Assembly (NCBI GenBank): GCA_004431415.1
Contig: QPMI01000033.1
Span: 1-64,000 of the forward strand
DNA from: Cyanophora paradoxa CCMP329
Lineage: Eukaryota > Plantae > Glaucophyta
Reading direction: 5' to 3'
DNA: 64,000 nucleotides
In this document: positions 23,401 to 35,416 of the stretch, in pieces
Layout: each line of letters opens with the position of its first letter
How positions within the stretch are numbered: position 1 is the first letter of the stretch
Notes under the pieces: generated by a model
Database searches by the model: none
Seen by the model: only the letters and a program-made list of their open reading frames with translations
What the model was told of the DNA's origin: nothing
Translations under genes and position numbers: made by a program

Positions 23401-26283
23401 TGCGCCGCGTGCAGGTCGCTCACCGCGAACGCCCGCTCGCCGCCACTGCGGAGGACGGCCTGTGGGATCTTCAGCGAGGGCGAAAGCGAGCGGGCCGGCG
23501 CTTGCGTGCCTGTATGCGGGGGCCGAGGGCGGCGAGGAAGCCGGGCCCGTACGCGGGAGCGAAGTCGGCACCGGGGCCGCCGTCGCCGTCGCCGTCGCCG
23601 TGGGCAACAGCGTGGGGCGGGGGCGGAGCTCCGCGGACCCCGTCGGCGTCGCGGGTCGAGCGCGTGTACTTGACGTACTCGACCTCGTCCTTGTCCTGCC
23701 GGCCGCGCGCCGCCTCAGCCGCGGGAGCGAGACGAGAGCGTGCGGCAGGGCCCCCGCGCGCCTTCCCCGTCCAGTCAACCATGCAGATGTCGGTGCTGTC
23801 GGCCTGGAACGCCTCCCGCAGGCGCCGGGCCGTCGACTCCACCACGCTGCGCCGCGATCAGAGGCGGCCGCGCGCCGCCGCGCAGAGGCGCGCGCGCGCA
23901 CCTCTGCGGCTCCAGCGTGTTCCGGATCTCCTTGGTGATGGACATGAGGAGCTCGGCGCGGACCAGCTGGAGCCGGCGAGCTCGACGTCGGGGTGCGGCG
24001 GGTCGGCGGGGGCGGCGGGGGCGGCGCACGGCGCGCTCGAGGCTCTCGTTCTTGAGGCGGAGGCTCTCGAGGAGGGCGTCCTGGCCGACGGCGTGGCCCA
24101 CCTGGTCGGTGACGGCCTGCGGGCAGGCAGTCGGTGAGCGATCGAGCGTGGGGCCAGCTGGCAGCCGCGGGCACGAGCGGATCGGACCTGGAAGGTGGCG
24201 ACCTCGTGCGCGCTGAACTCGCGCTCGCGGTTCCAGCAGACAGCGATGTAGCCGATGACCTGCCCCGCGCGCTCGCTCTCAGCGAACCGGCGTCGGCTGG
24301 AGCTTCGCGCAGATCGCGCGCCTTGCTGTCCCACTCCATCGGCTGGACGATGATCGCCTTGATCTCGCGCTGGATTAGCGACTCGCGCAGCTGGGCGAAG
24401 GACGCCTGCGGGAGCCGTGAGGGCGTGGGACGGGCGGTCGCGGGGTGGGGTCGGGGCGGGCGCGCGTCGTGCTCGTCGGCCGCGGGGCCGCCCTCGTCCA
24501 AATCCGGGATCCAGCGCATCCAGCGCGCCTCGGCGCGCGCCGCACACGGGCCAGCGAAGAGCCTCTGGAGCGCAATCTCAGCGCCGATCGCAAGGAGTCG
24601 CGAGAAGAGAGCCGGGGGCGCACGGAGAGGCGGTAGCGGCAGCCCGGGATGGCCACGAGCTCCCGCCCCAGCGTCTCGTAGAGGCCGCGGTCCTTCTGGT
24701 ACCGGAACTGCGCGGGGGAACTCTCAGCGGTGAACGGCGGCAGCGTCGCAGCGCAGGGAGAGGGCCGACGAAGAGCTCGCGCTCGGAGCCGAGGAGGCTG
24801 AAGGGGGCGGCGCCCTGCTCGCCCGGGGCGCGCTTCAGCGCAGAGACGAGCACGCTGTCGCAGTCGAAGAGCCGCTGGATGTCGCCGATGGTGGCGCGGA
24901 GGACGTCTTTGAGGTTCAGCTGCGTCCGGATGCTGCTCGCAATGCCCCGCAGCAGCGCCTGCCGAGCCCGTGAGGCCCAGCGCTGCCAGGAGCGCGGCGA
25001 GCCGTCCGCGGCACCTCCACCTGCAGCCTGCGCTCCAGCGCCACTGTCTTCTCCACGTGCTGGGAGCGCGGCAGACGAAGAGTAAAAACCCGGGGCAGGC
25101 CGCCGGCGATCGCGAGGAGGGGGCGGCGCGATCGCGAGCACCTCGACGCGCAGCTGCTCGCTCCTGGCCTCGAGCTCTCGGAGCAGCTCGAGGTTCCTGG
25201 CGATGGAAGAGGCGGGGCCAGCGCGCTCGCCGGCCTCGCCCTGCGGCCGCCGCGGGCGGGACTCAGCCCGTGCCGGCGCGGCGGACCGTGGGGCGCCCCC
25301 AAGGGCGCTCCGAGGGAAGCGGCGCCGAGCTTTAACCTCACCTGCAACTCTTGCAGCTGCGCGTGCCGTCAACGCGGCACGAAACTTCATCCGGGGAGGG
25401 AAAAGAGCACGCACCGCGGTGCGCAGCTGCTCGTTCTTCGACCTCAACTCGAGGCAGAGAGACAGCTCGCGGTCCGGATCAGACGGGGTATCGTCAAGCA
25501 AGGGGCTTGGGACTGGCTCCGCCTCGCCGCATGACGCCCCCGCGTCGCCCCCCATCGCATCCTCGATCGCCAGGCATACTCCCACTTCCCCACGAGTTGG
25601 TTAGACGGGGCCAAAGAGAACGAAGGGCAGAAGAACGGACTGCATTCAGCGAAGGTGTCGAGAAGGACGAAGTCGTCCACTGAGAACAGCTGCCCCTCGG
25701 AGGTGTGCACAGCCAGGTACGCCTGCACCTGCGTTCACGGTTCGGGCCGGGCACGAGGCCGGCCACACCACCAGCGCGGGCCAGGGCGCGGCGCTCGGCG
25801 GCGCGCACGGAACCGAAGGCCGCGCACGCGCGCCAGACGCAAGAGGCGGCCTGGAACTCGTTGAGGATCACCTGGGCGCGCTCCGCGGGCACGCCGCGGG
25901 CCAAGAGCGCAGCGGGCGTGTCGGGCGACGCGACGGACGCTGGTCGTTTGCAAGCTGATGGAGCGGCGCCGAGACCGAGCGCAAGCTCGAACAATTCTGC
26001 AGGATATTCTGCACTGCAGGGGCCCGTCGACATCGGGCGCATTACGCAGATCGACAGAGCAAGGAGCAAGCGCACTCGTACGGAATTCCATGAATATGAT
26101 CCAATGTGTCCACGTCCGCAGCGCCTTCCCGGAAGGAGGAAGACGCGGAAAGAAGAAAGATGCGGGCGCCGAGCTGATCGCCGAGGACGCGGGTCGCACG
26201 CACCAGCTTCGATCTGCGAGCTCTTCGTCAGAGTTTGGAAGGTTGCTCGAGCGAGCTAGTGCGCGCGAAGCTTGCAACTGCAT
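20467..26283 (-). CDS. Soluble hybrid histidine kinase with multiple GAF domains (GAF-GAF-HisKA-HATPase-degenerate REC-REC); 5' end uncertain
   Basis: GAF helices IASSIRTQLNLKDVL and ITKEIRNTLEP; H-box AKADFLSVITHELRTP; N-box NLIGN-SVKF; DSGCGI, GTGLGLYIS; REC FDLLLSDIM-PGLDG..KP. Confidence 0.9.
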
Positions 26284-26599
26284 CTGCTTGGCGCGGTGCG
26301 CGGTCTAGGAAGCTGCGGGGGACAGACCGAATGCTGCTGGGTGCGCGCGGATCCTCATTGATGCTCGGAGATCGTTTTACACCGCTGGGCGCGGAACTGC
26401 TGTCCTGCGCGAGGCCCAGTGCGCTGCAGGCCAGCGCGAGCGCCACGCGCCGCTTCGTCATTTGATGAGGCGAGGAGCGCTGGATACAAGCGGCTGGAGA
26501 AGCCTTCAGACACCTCGAAACGTGTTTTGACGAGGGTACGCGACGCGCGTGGGGGTACGAGTTCGCAGCGGGATCTACACGGCGCCGGCAGCTGGCGAG

Positions 26600-29027
26600 A
26601 TGGAGTTCATCCCGGTCATCGATGCGCAGGGCAATTACACGTGCGTGGGAGAGCATAATCTGCATCCTCCCGACCGCTCTGCGACTATCGCCACTGCGTC
26701 TGCGAGTCGCTTCAAGCACGCGTCCGATCTCTGACGAAGCGCACGCTGATAACAGAAATGCGGTGAACCGCTTCGCGGAGACACTCCGCAGCGGAGATTA
26801 TTTCTCTGTCTCGGTGCTCGGCGCTCAGTCCACCGGCAAGAGTGCGCAGCTCATTCCCGGTCGCTCGCTTGCCATCGTTTGGCGGCTCCTCACTCCGCGT
26901 CTACGTAGGCACGCTGCTCAACATCCTCTTCGGCACGGGATTCCCTGTTCTCCAGCCGATCAGCGGACGGACGCAGACCACGAAGGGTGTTTACCTCGCG
27001 AAGGCAGCGAACAGCAATGTGCTGGCTGTCGATGTGGAGGGCATTGACAGCCGGGAGCGCGAGGGCGAGGTTCGCTGTCTCTCAGCGGTCGCTAGATCGC
27101 TCGGAGATTCCGTCCTGTCGCACGCGCGCCCGGTGCCGCACAGCTGTATTCTCATATCCGATTGCGAGCAGGGCCTGGAAAAGAAGTTCGCGCTGTTCTC
27201 GGTCGCCGTCGCGAACGTGGTCATCCTGAACCTTTGGACTCACGACGTTGGCCGCCGCGAGGCCTCTAACTATCCCCTTCTCTCGACGGTCTTTGAGGAG
27301 TACCTGAAGCTTTTCGGGTCCGTGATCCAGTCAGCGTCTCCTCTATGAAACGCTGATTGGTGTTCTGCTCGCGCCCCTCAGCAACCGCAACGCGGCCCCG
27401 GCGACGCTTCTTGTTGTTTTCCGTGACCACGACGAGACCTGCCCCCCTGTCGCCTCTCTGCGGCAGCAGGTTGCGGCTGACCTTCAGGAGATCTGGGAAG
27501 GTCTCTCGAAGGTGGGCTGCGCTGTCCACGTAGCTAGAACGGCATTGAGGGCTTACGCAATTCTTCTTCGCTCGCAGCCCGCGGGCCGCCAGCTCTCGGA
27601 CTTCTTCCGGCTGGAGTTCGAGTCGCTTCCCCACTACCGTTACAACCGCGCCGGCTTCGACCGCGCCGTTTCTGACCTTCAGAGCCGGTGCCCTTCCTTC
27701 CCTACCTTACTCTGAACGAGTGGGCCCTGACCCCCCCCCTTCTGTAGCTTCCTCGGCGCTGGCCGCGCTGGCTACCTGTTCGGCTCGGACGCGTCTAGCC
27801 CCCGCCAGGTCGCGGACAAGCTCCAGGGCACCTGGGTGCGGCCTTTTCTCCTGCGGATCGTCCTTGCCGCCGCCTGAAGCCGGTCGCAGACGGCGATTAA
27901 CTCGGACGCGGCGCTGAACGTGCCGAGCGCGCGGGAGCTCTCGGCGGTTTTCCGCTGCGACGAGGTCATGCAGCAGAAGCTCGGTGACGCGTCGCGCACG
28001 TTCGCAAAGTGGCGCCAGCTGGTCAACAACGGTGACACCGTCGACGGCCTCGGCAACAAGTCGAAGGAGCTCATCGACACCACCGTCGGTGCGGGTCGCC
28101 GCGCCGCATCTCCGCGACGCACGCTCACGCGCGCGCGCGCAGCTGAGTTCCAGGCGGCGACTGCGGCGTACGCGGCGACCAGCGCACGGGCGCGGAAGGA
28201 GGAGGAGCTCCGCAGCGCGCTCTCGGCGGAGCTGTACGGCATCTACAGCCAGCAGGTCGTTGCGCTCCGCGACCAGACCTTCGCCCGCATCAAGGCGGCC
28301 ATCATCCAGTCCACCCCCCTCACCGCCGCCCCCCGCATCTCCGTGCGCCCCGCCGCCCGCTCCGTCGCCCGCTTGCGCTTGCTTCCTCACGCGAAGCCAG
28401 ATCACCGAAAGCGACTTCAAGACGCTCCTCGACTCGGCCGAGAACTTCTTCACCAAGCAGGCGACGGGTGCGGCCTGCCAAGCCTGCAGCTGCTGCCCGG
28501 GCTCTGCAGACTGACGCCCGGGTCCAGAGAGCAAGCCGAAGGACTCGGACTGGGCCTTCGATGAGGAGAAGGCGGAGCTGCGCAAGATGATGAGCGAGTT
28601 TATCGCGGACAGGCAGAAGGTCCTCAAGTCCATCCCGGGGCCCGGCCGCGCCAAGCCCGGCTGGTGCGCCCCCCCCCCCCCCCCCCCCCCCCCGCCCCCG
28701 CGCCTCGCGCTTTCCCGCTAACGCGCTGCATCAGGTTCCTCTCGCCCAATGTCGAGTTCAACACGACTTTCTCGCTCCTCACTGCGATCAACCTCGGCCC
28801 CCGCCAGACCGTCGGTCAGCTCCCTTCTTTTGAAGCTTCCTCCCGCGCGCCCCTCAGGCTGGCGGCGGCGCGCAGGCATGCCGCTTGGCGACGACATCGT
28901 CGACTCGTCGCCCCTGCCGCCCAACAGCGTCTACTCGGACTCCAACGGCGATGCCGGCGTCAACCTCGACAAGGTGCCCCCCACGCCCAAGCCCGCGCCC
29001 TCTCGCCCGCGCCTTCTCCACACCTAA
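26600..29027 (+). CDS. RHD3: RHD3/Sey1-like GTPase (an upstream exon is possible; no clear C-terminal TM hairpin)
   Basis: VSVLGAQSTGKSTLLNILFGT, RTQTTKGVY, DVEGIDSRERE, EKKFALF, NLWTHDVGR..NYPLLSTVFE, LPHY, RCDE. Confidence 0.85.
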
Positions 29028-32000
29028 TGGCGGCACCGTCTCCCAGATCGATTACAGTGGCGGTGACAGCGCTTCTTCCCGTCTCGCGCCCTACTCGCGC
29101 AGCTGAGCGGCGGGATTTTTGTCTTGTGTGTGTGGCTATCCAATAGAGAGCAGGGCTTCTTTTCAGGTGCCAGTGCTCGCCGAGGCCTCGAAGAAGGGGG
29201 GTGGGGGAGGGGAGAGAGAGAGAGAGAGAGAAGAATATATTTTCTTCATAAAGAGAGGGCCTGGCCCAGTGGAGGCTCAGCGGCTTACACAGAAGGGGCC
29301 CCGTATGGAATTGATGTATACATACTCTTCCGCAATCATTGAATGTATTCTTCGACCCCCGCCGCAATGTGTACGTACTACGGTATTTCCCGACGCCGTG
29401 TTCGAATTCGCGATCGAGTGGATCATGGAGCGCGCGCAATCGAGATGCGCCCCGGCGGGCGCGTCTCCAGACGCCGCGGCGCATATGCATTGATATCGAT
29501 TGATACCGCACTGCGGCACGCATGTGTCAGAAGTGGTTTGTGCAGGCACATCATGGCATGTACAGCGGCATGCGCACAGCTTGTCGCCGGCTCTCAGAGT
29601 CTGGTCTAAACTATAGCGCTAGCTAGCTCTCCGGATCCGTGCCTCTTATGCATACTATGATATGTACAGAACTAGTCTATAGCTAGTGGTTAAGTAACGT
29701 ACACTATACGTATACATGTGCATGTATTCGACATCGATGCATCATGGCATGCGCAGACACTGAGATCTAGAAATACGCAAACCATTCAAGGATGAAAGCT
29801 TCGAATTCAATTGCAAGGCTTCAAAGGCGTAGTTGGAGCTAGAGATGAAAGTCGAGGTTCAAAGCTTGCAATTGAGAGGCGCTCGCGATCGCGATTGAAT
29901 TGATTATTGGCAGAAGAAGTACTAGTACAGCGTTGAGGTGCTCAAAACGCGTTGAAATGGAGAAGACGCGTTTATCTACAAGAAAAGAAACTGCTCTGAA
30001 AAGAAAGGAATTTACAAGAAAGAAAGGCATGGGAGCGACGGAAATCAGAAAACCAGAGGCCAGGCCAAGGCGAAATAAAACAAGATGAGAGCAATTAGGG
30101 CGGCGGGGGGGCTTACAGGACCTCGACGCGAAGTTCGGAGGCGTCGGAGGCGGCGGCGGCGGTGGGGAGCAACTCAGGCGGGGCGCTCGAGCGGCGCCCC
30201 GCCCGCCGCTCCCCGCCCGCCCCGGCCGGCCCCGCACCGGCGCCGGGCCCACGGCAGCGTTCCCGGCCATGACCGGATCGGAGGAGAGGCGACGCGGGGG
30301 TCCGGCGAATGCGGCGGCCCCGGCGGCGGCGCTGCCGGCGCGGGGCTACCAGGGACAAGAGGGCTGCTCTTGCCGCTGCAGGGCCCGCTCGCAGCGCCGG
30401 CGGGGCCGGCGGCCGGCCCTGCGTTGCCGCCGCCGCACTTGGCGAGCATGGCGAGGATGCCGGCGCGCGTCTGGGCGGGGTCGGGGCGTGTGAGCGGGCG
30501 GGCCGGAGGGTGCGGGGCGGGACGGGGCGGGGCGGGGCGCTACGACGGGCTTGACGAGGAGCTCCTGCATGCCGGCCTCCAGCACGTTCGCGTGGTCTGC
30601 CGCCCGCCCCTCAGCCCCGCACGCGGGTGTCGGCGCGGCGCCCGGCGCGCCCTGAGAGGAGAGGGCGGTGCAGGCGACGATGAAGGTGCGGGGCGCCGCG
30701 CCGGGGCGCCCCCGCTCGAGCTCCCGGATGCGCCGCGTCGCCCCGATCCCGTCCAGCCGCGGCATCGACACTGCGCCGGCGTCAGGCGGCAGGCTCCGGG
30801 CGGGCGCACGGCCCCGCACCGTCCATGAAGACGATGTCGAAGGGGGCGGCGGCAGGCGCCCCCGGGGGTCCGGGGCGGCGAGGCGGCGGGCGAAGACCTC
30901 CACCGCCTCCTCCCGTCCTCCGCCACCTGCACCTGCGCCCGCCGCCCGCCCAGCGTCAAGCCCCCGGCGCCCCCTGAGGGCGCTCGCCGGGGCGGGTGGC
31001 CCCCAGAGGAGAGCGCGGGGCGCACGCGGTGGCCCTCCCGCGCGAGGAGCGCCTTCAGCACGCGCCGGTTCATCGCTGCGGGGGCGGCGGGGGCGGCGTG
31101 GGCGGCGTGGGCGGCGGGGCGGCGGGGGCGGGCGGGGCGGGGGCACCGTTGTCGTCGGCGACGAGGACCTCGAGGGGCGGGGGCGCGCCCCCGGCCCCGC
31201 CTCCTCCCGCTCCAGCGAGGCCCGCGCCGCCGGCGAGGCCGGCCCAGCGCCCCCGCGCCCCGATCCCCGCCCCGATGCCGGCCCCCGCGCACTCGCCGGC
31301 CGAGCAGACGGAGAGGAAGCGCTCGCGGTCGCCCGCGTCGCTCATCGAGGGCGGCGGGGTGAGCGACGGCGCCCACCGCTCGCCCCGCTCCGCCGCCCGC
31401 CGCCCCGCCCCGCCAGCCGGCGGGGCGGCCGCTTCTGCGAGCAACGCAGTCGCGAGGGGCCCAGAAAGCGCCTCCGGCGGAGCCACCGAGGGCGCACCTT
31501 CGACGGCGGCCGGGGGGAGCTCGATCGGGGGCGGGCCCGGGGCGGCGTTGAGGGGCGGGGGCCGCCCGTCGGGTCCGCGCGAGGGCGGCGAGCACTGCGA
31601 GTCGGAGCGGACGCGCCGCAGAGTCGGCATGAAGAGCACCCGCGTCGAGGCCGCCGCGAGGGGCGTCGAGCGCGGCCGCAGGAGCGCCGAGGGGGAGGGC
31701 GACGGCGAGCGCTCCGGGCCCGAGCGCGGGGCGGCTCCCGTGAGGGCCTCAATCTGCGGCGCAGCCCGGCCCCGTAAGCTCGACCTCACGGCCGCGGAGG
31801 AGCGTTCCTCCGCAAAGAGCGCGGTGCCGACCGTCTCGAGGAGAATGCTCTTCCGGATGGGTTTCGTGAGCTGCCCCGCCCCCCGGCGAGGGCGCGGCCA
31901 GGCGCGGGAGAGGGCGGGGGCGCGCGCCGGCGCGCATGCGCACCCACTTGTCCATGCCGGCGCTGAGGCAGGCGGCCCCGTCCTCCGTGCTGGCGCCCCG

Positions 32001-34913
32001 GTGAGGGAGGCACGATGCGAGGGCAGGGCGGGTGCGATGCGAGGGCAGGGCGGGTGCGATGCGGCGGCGGGCGCTCCTCTCTGGCGGCGTGCGCGGGCGG
32101 CGGACCTGGCGTGGCCGGTGAGGGCGACAATGAAGTGGCGGCGCCAGCCGCGCGCCCGCTCCAGCGCCCGGATCCGCCGCGTCGCCTCGAAGCCTGCGCC
32201 CCGCCCCCGCCCCGGTCCCCGCCGGCGCCCCGCGCGGGAGCACGGGCGCCGCGCGGCAAGGCGTCGCGGACCGTCCCTGCGCGCTCGACGGTTAGGCGCC
32301 GGCGGGTGGGCGGTGCGCGTCGGCGGGCGGGAGCACACATGACGGGCATGGAGCACTGCCGGCGACGAGGCGGGCGGGGCGGGGCCATCAGGGGCGGGCG
32401 GGGGCGGCGTGGGGCGGGGCGGGCGGCGGGGCGGTGGGCTCGGGGGCGCACGTCCATGAAGACGAGGTGGAAGCAGTCGGGCGCCCCCGCTGCCTCGAAG
32501 GCCTCCACCGCCTGCCCGCCCCGCCCCCCGCCTCCTCAGTCGGGGCGGGGGCGGGGCGGGGGCGGGGGCGGGGCGCGCCTCGCGGCCGTTGCGGGCCTCG
32601 GTCACGCGGTGGCCCTCCTTCTCGAGCATCGTGCGCAGCACGCGCAGGTTCCTGCCGCCGCCCTCCAGCCCCGCGCGGCGCGGGGCCGGCGGGGGCGGGG
32701 CGGGCGCACATGGCGTGGTCCTCCACGACAAGAATCGAGAGGGCGGCGGCCGCGGCGGGGCCGGGGGCGGGGCGGGCGACCCCCGGGCCCCCGCGGGAGG
32801 CCCCAGGGCTCGACGGCGCCGGGTGGAGGAGGGCGGAGGAGGCGGGGGCGAGGGGCGCGGGGGCGGGATGGCGCTCGGGGTGGCGGGGAGGACGGCGAGG
32901 AGCGAGGCGGGACGGGTGGCGAGGAGGGCGTCGGGGCGGGCCCGCCGGCCTCGAAGTCGGCGCGGACGGCGAGGGTCGCGGGGCTCAGCGGGGCCCCCCG
33001 GGGAGCGCCGCCCGCAGCGGCACCGTGAAGTAGAACGTGCTGCCGCGCCCCACCTGGCCAGCCCCGGCGGCCTTGTGAGGCGCGCCCGCTTCGCCCCGAG
33101 GGCGCCGCGCACCTCGCTCGCGCAGCCGATCTCCCCGCCCATCTTCGTCACGATCTCGCGGCTGATGGCGAGGCCGAGCCCTGCGGCCCCCGCTCGCGCC
33201 GGCCCCGGGGCGGGGGCGTCGGGTGGCGTGGCACCGGTGCAGCCGGGGTCGGCGCCGCGGGCGGGGTCGTGCTGCACGCGGTAGAAGCGCGTGAAGAGCT
33301 GCTGGCGCGCCTCCAGCGCGATCCCCGGCCCTGCCCGCACCGCCCCTCGGCGCTCGGCGCTGCAGGGCGCAGGGAGCGCGGGGGCGGGCGGGGCACCGGA
33401 GTCGAGGACGGCGAACTCGCAATTGAGGAAGCGCTGCGGGGCGCCGGGCTCCTCCACGCTCGGCTCCACGCCGGGCGGCCCGTGCTGCGAGGCCCCGGCG
33501 AGGTGGCCGCCGAGGGCCGGGGGGCGGCGGCGGCGAGGGCGGCGGCGCCGTGGACCGAGGCGTCCACGACGACGGCGTCGGCCGCCTCCGCCTCCACCGT
33601 CACCAGCACCTGCGCGGGGTCGCTCGGGCGGTGGCGGCCGGCCGGCGGGCAGGCGGGCGGGCGGGGCCGGGGGCGCGCCTCGACGGAGCCCCGCAGCGTG
33701 TACTTGACCGCGCTGCCGCCACCGGCTTCAGAGGCGCGGGGGAGGCGAGGGGCGGGGCCCACTTGGAAACGAGGTTGAGGAGGCACTGGCGCGTGCGGTC
33801 GGCGTCCCCGACGACGACCTGCGGGGCAGCGCGCGGGGCGCTCACGGGCGCCCCCCGCCGGCGGCTGCGAGCGGGGGCGGGGCGGACGGCGGGGACGTCG
33901 TCGGCGATGACGGCGGCGAGGAGGAGGCCCTTGGCGGACGCCCGCGGCGCCACGATCCGCACCGACGCCTCCACCTGCCGCCCCGCGCCCCGCCCCTCAG
34001 CGCCCCGCCGCGCCCGGGAGAGCGAGGGCGAGGCGGGCACGATCTCGGCGACGCGCATGGGCCCCGACTGGAGCTCGATGAGGCCGGCCTCGATCTTCTG
34101 CAGGTCCAGCACGTCGTTCACGATCGAGAGGAGGTGCTCTGCGGCGCGCGATCGCGAGGTGATCCACGAGGCGCGAGGGCGCTCCCCCGCGATCCCTCGA
34201 CCCCCCGCACCGCCCGAGAGGCTCGCCGCCTCGACGAATTCGGCCGCCTCCGCCGGCAGCGTGCAGTCGCGCGCCAGCTGCAGCATCCCCAGGATCCCGT
34301 TGAGCGGCTGCACCAGCCGGGGGGGTTGGCGACTCGTAGTCATTGGAGGTGCTGGCAGCAGGGCGTGGGGCGCGAGCGGGCGCACCGTGCGCATCTCGTG
34401 GGACATGGTCGAGATGAATTTGCGCGTCTCGTCGGCGCGCACCTCCATCTCGAGCTTCGTCTTGCGCTCCGCGAGGAGGGAGCGCATGAGCGCGAGCTCC
34501 GTGGCGCTCATCTGAGGCGCCGCGTCGCGACGAGGGCGCGGGGCGGGGCGGGGCGGGGCGGGGCACCTCGCGGAAGGCGGCGAAGCCGGAGCGCATGGCG
34601 CGGACGGCCTCCTCGAAGGCCTCGAGCTCCCGCAGGCCGCTCCCCAGCGCCACCGACTGCCGCGCCCGCGCCCCGCGCCCCGCCCCCGCCGCCCCGGCCC
34701 CTCCTCCCGCTCCCCTTCCAGTTCCGTGGGCGGGCAGGAGGAGGGGGAACCCACGCGAGGTCGCCCCATGAGGCCGGCGCCGCCGCCACGCGCGCCTCCC
34801 GCCGCAGCGCCCGCCGCGCCCGCCCGCACAGCCGCCCCAGCAGCGCCCCGGCGCCCCCGCGCCGTCCGGCGCCCCAGCGGCTTCTGCGGCTGCTGCTCCG
34901 GAGGGGCTGCGGA
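28696..34913 (+). repeat. Tandem segmental duplication, copy 1 (RHD3 3' end + intergenic + 3' part of the membrane histidine kinase)
   Basis: 28696-29769 matches 35441-36525 and 29770-34913 matches 38716-43973, with scattered substitutions and indels. Confidence 0.95.
30174..34913 (-). pseudogene. 5'-truncated duplicate of the membrane hybrid kinase (HisKA-HATPase-REC-REC, no sensor)
   Basis: Homology to the full gene stops at 34913/43973, downstream of the TM and sensor exons. Retains SHEMRTPLNGILG and both REC domains. Confidence 0.8.
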
Positions 34914-35242
34914 AGGCCCTATTTATTTAGCAGTCGGATTGCCGCAAGTGAACTGTGAACTGAACCTAGAAGCAGTTGATTTATATTATACTATGATTAT
35001 TCAAAGCCTTTCAAATTTTCGAAGTTTGCCTCGCGCTCTTCTATCCGATGATCGATTGTGATTCAATGATTATCATAGCTTGATAGAAGCCTTGCTAATA
35101 TTCATGCGCGCATACGTATACATTCCCCTTGATTATAACTAGGTTATATACAATTGGACCCCCCTCCCCCCTCCCCCCCCCCTTCCCTCCCCCTCCCTCC
35201 CCCCCCCCCCCCTCCCTGCCCCTCCCTCGAGCTCCCCTCCCC

Positions 35243-35416
35243 GAGCCGGCCGCGGCACGAGCGAGCGCCGCACAGACTTTCTGGAGCGCTGCTTCCTGCC
35301 GAGTGACCCGGCGGCCATAGCCCTTCTCAAGGCCGGGCCTGCCTCGGGCCGCCCGTACCTCACCACTGCATGCTAGCTGCCGACGTACGCGTACGCGTGC
35401 CGCCCGCCCCGCCGCC
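35243..35416 (+). pseudogene. Isolated, inverted, diverged copy of one PAP2 exon (cf. 50345-50490)
   Basis: gactttctggagcgctgcttcc..gggccgcccgtacctcaccactgc matches the reverse complement of the PAP2 exon DFLERCFPPSDPAA..., with substitutions and two insertions. Confidence 0.85.

Noticed and set aside
23139-23423. Cyanobacteriochrome/phytochrome photosensor
   Set aside because: No CH motif at the canonical bilin-binding position (Glu there; the nearby Cys is offset) and no PAS-GAF-PHY arrangement recognised.
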